DNA of 64,000 nt from Eubacteriales bacterium (GTDB lineage Bacteria; Bacillota; Clostridia; Oscillospirales; CAG-272). Of the stretch, positions 63,542-64,000 are shown piece by piece. The stretch lies in contig JAZONX010000039.1 of NCBI GenBank assembly GCA_045654725.1, positions 6,747 through 70,746 of the forward strand, written 5' to 3'. Under the pieces are notes generated by a model. It was not told the DNA's origin. It ran no database searches and saw only the letters and a list, made by a program, of their open reading frames with translations. Position numbers and translations under genes: made by a program. Position 1 is the stretch's first letter; every line of letters begins with the position of its first letter.

Positions 63542-64000
63542 TAACAAAAAGGTTTATCCTGAAATTCAGACGGGCGAGGTTCTCCTTAAGGTTGAAAACC
63601 TTTCCCAGCACTTCGGTCCGCTGAAGGCTGTTGACAACGTATCCTTCGAGGTTTTGAAGGGCGAGGTCTTCGGTCTGGTTGGTGAGTCGGGCTGTGGAAA
63701 AACAACCACCGGACGTACCATCATTAAGCTTTACAACCCTACAGGCGGTAACGTATATTTCAAGGGCGAGAGAATTGGTGCGGGAACTCTGAATTACAGA
63801 CTCGCTATCAAGGACGCCAAGGACAAGGCAAAGGCAGAGATTGCTGCACTTAAGAAGGATAGCGCTGAAAATCCTCAGAACAAGGCTGAAAATGATCAGA
63901 AGATTCGTCAGATCAACGCCGATCTCAAGGCAACTCTTGCTCACAATAAGGCAGAGATTGCTTCTGCGAAGCGCGACAACAACCATGCTGACAGGAATCT
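63534..64000 (+). CDS. ABC transporter ATP-binding protein (OppF-type), 3'-truncated by window edge, also carrying an insertion
   Basis: ATG 63534 overlaps the oppD-like end. Walker [10 protein letters not shown]. From ~63775 a K/A/E-rich segment ([20 protein letters not shown]…) replaces the expected short stretch before the Q-loop. The frame is open to base 64000. Confidence 0.8.
   Translation, partial: MADNKKVYPEIQTGEVLLKVENLSQHFGPLKAVDNVSFEVLKGEVFGLVGESGCGKTTTGRTIIKLYNPTGGNVYFKGERIGAGTLNYRLAIKDAKDKAKAEIAALKKDSAENPQNKAENDQKIRQINADLKATLAHNKAEIASAKRDNNHADRN

Noticed and set aside
1-64000. Genome-wide reassignment of TGA (code 4 or 25) as an explanation for the in-frame TGA at 34915
   Set aside because: TGA clearly functions as a stop elsewhere in the window, including in coupled overlaps: spoIIIAE/AF at 996-999, the RR end at 6444, HK/GNAT at 7852-7855, coaW/CBS at 27238-27241 and CBS/giant at 27658-27660. 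Long genes such as infB, addB and copA are intact under the standard code.
1-64000. CRISPR arrays, insertion sequences, integrases, prophage or conjugation modules
   Set aside because: I looked for regularly spaced direct repeats and for transposase, integrase or phage-like ORFs on both strands and saw none. The only repeats found are those reported: the eda relic, the operator palindromes and the protein-level modules.

Overview
This is a 64-kb chromosomal segment from an endospore-forming Bacillota, Clostridia-like by gene content and order, and possibly gut-associated because it carries a choloylglycine/bile-salt hydrolase. I support about 52 protein genes and one tRNA-Gln(CUG). I found no rRNA, CRISPR array, transposase, integrase or phage module. 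Left to right, the window holds: spoIIIAE-AH (left edge), asd, rubrerythrin, an OmpR/HK two-component pair, an EF-G/TetM-like GTPase fused to a YacP/Rae1-type NYN RNase domain, a fused DUF1538 permease with a tandem PII-like protein, cls, trkAH, a small AT-rich islet (zinc-ribbon protein plus XRE regulator) beside tRNA-Gln, coaW-CBS, rimP-nusA-ylxR-ylxQ-infB, ZIP, csoR-copA, eda, addB, an orphan N6-adenine methyltransferase, GH3/HAD genes and an Opp-type ABC importer that runs off the right edge. The best candidate for something undescribed is 27660-35276. It holds a 1,868-aa protein (acidic disordered N-terminus, six copies of an unassigned ~95-aa repeat, a Trp-rich segment, a C-proximal three-helix TM cluster), a 522-aa Lys-rich paralogue with two or more copies of the same repeat, and a 69-aa basic protein. 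All three are chained by overlapping stop/start codons to coaW-CBS and lie directly upstream of rimP. The paralogue ends at an in-frame TGA followed by a 49-codon open extension that encodes a transmembrane tail. That extension ends in a TAATG overlap with the next gene, which suggests readthrough or recoding. Other notable items: large coiled-coil-like insertions inside both ABC ATPases, with an oversized binding protein and permease; a relic synonymous duplicate of the eda 3' end; addB without an adjacent addA; a hairpin-dense GC-rich block next to tRNA-Gln; and several apparently degenerate catalytic motifs. All functional calls rest on motif recognition by eye, and no database search was run.
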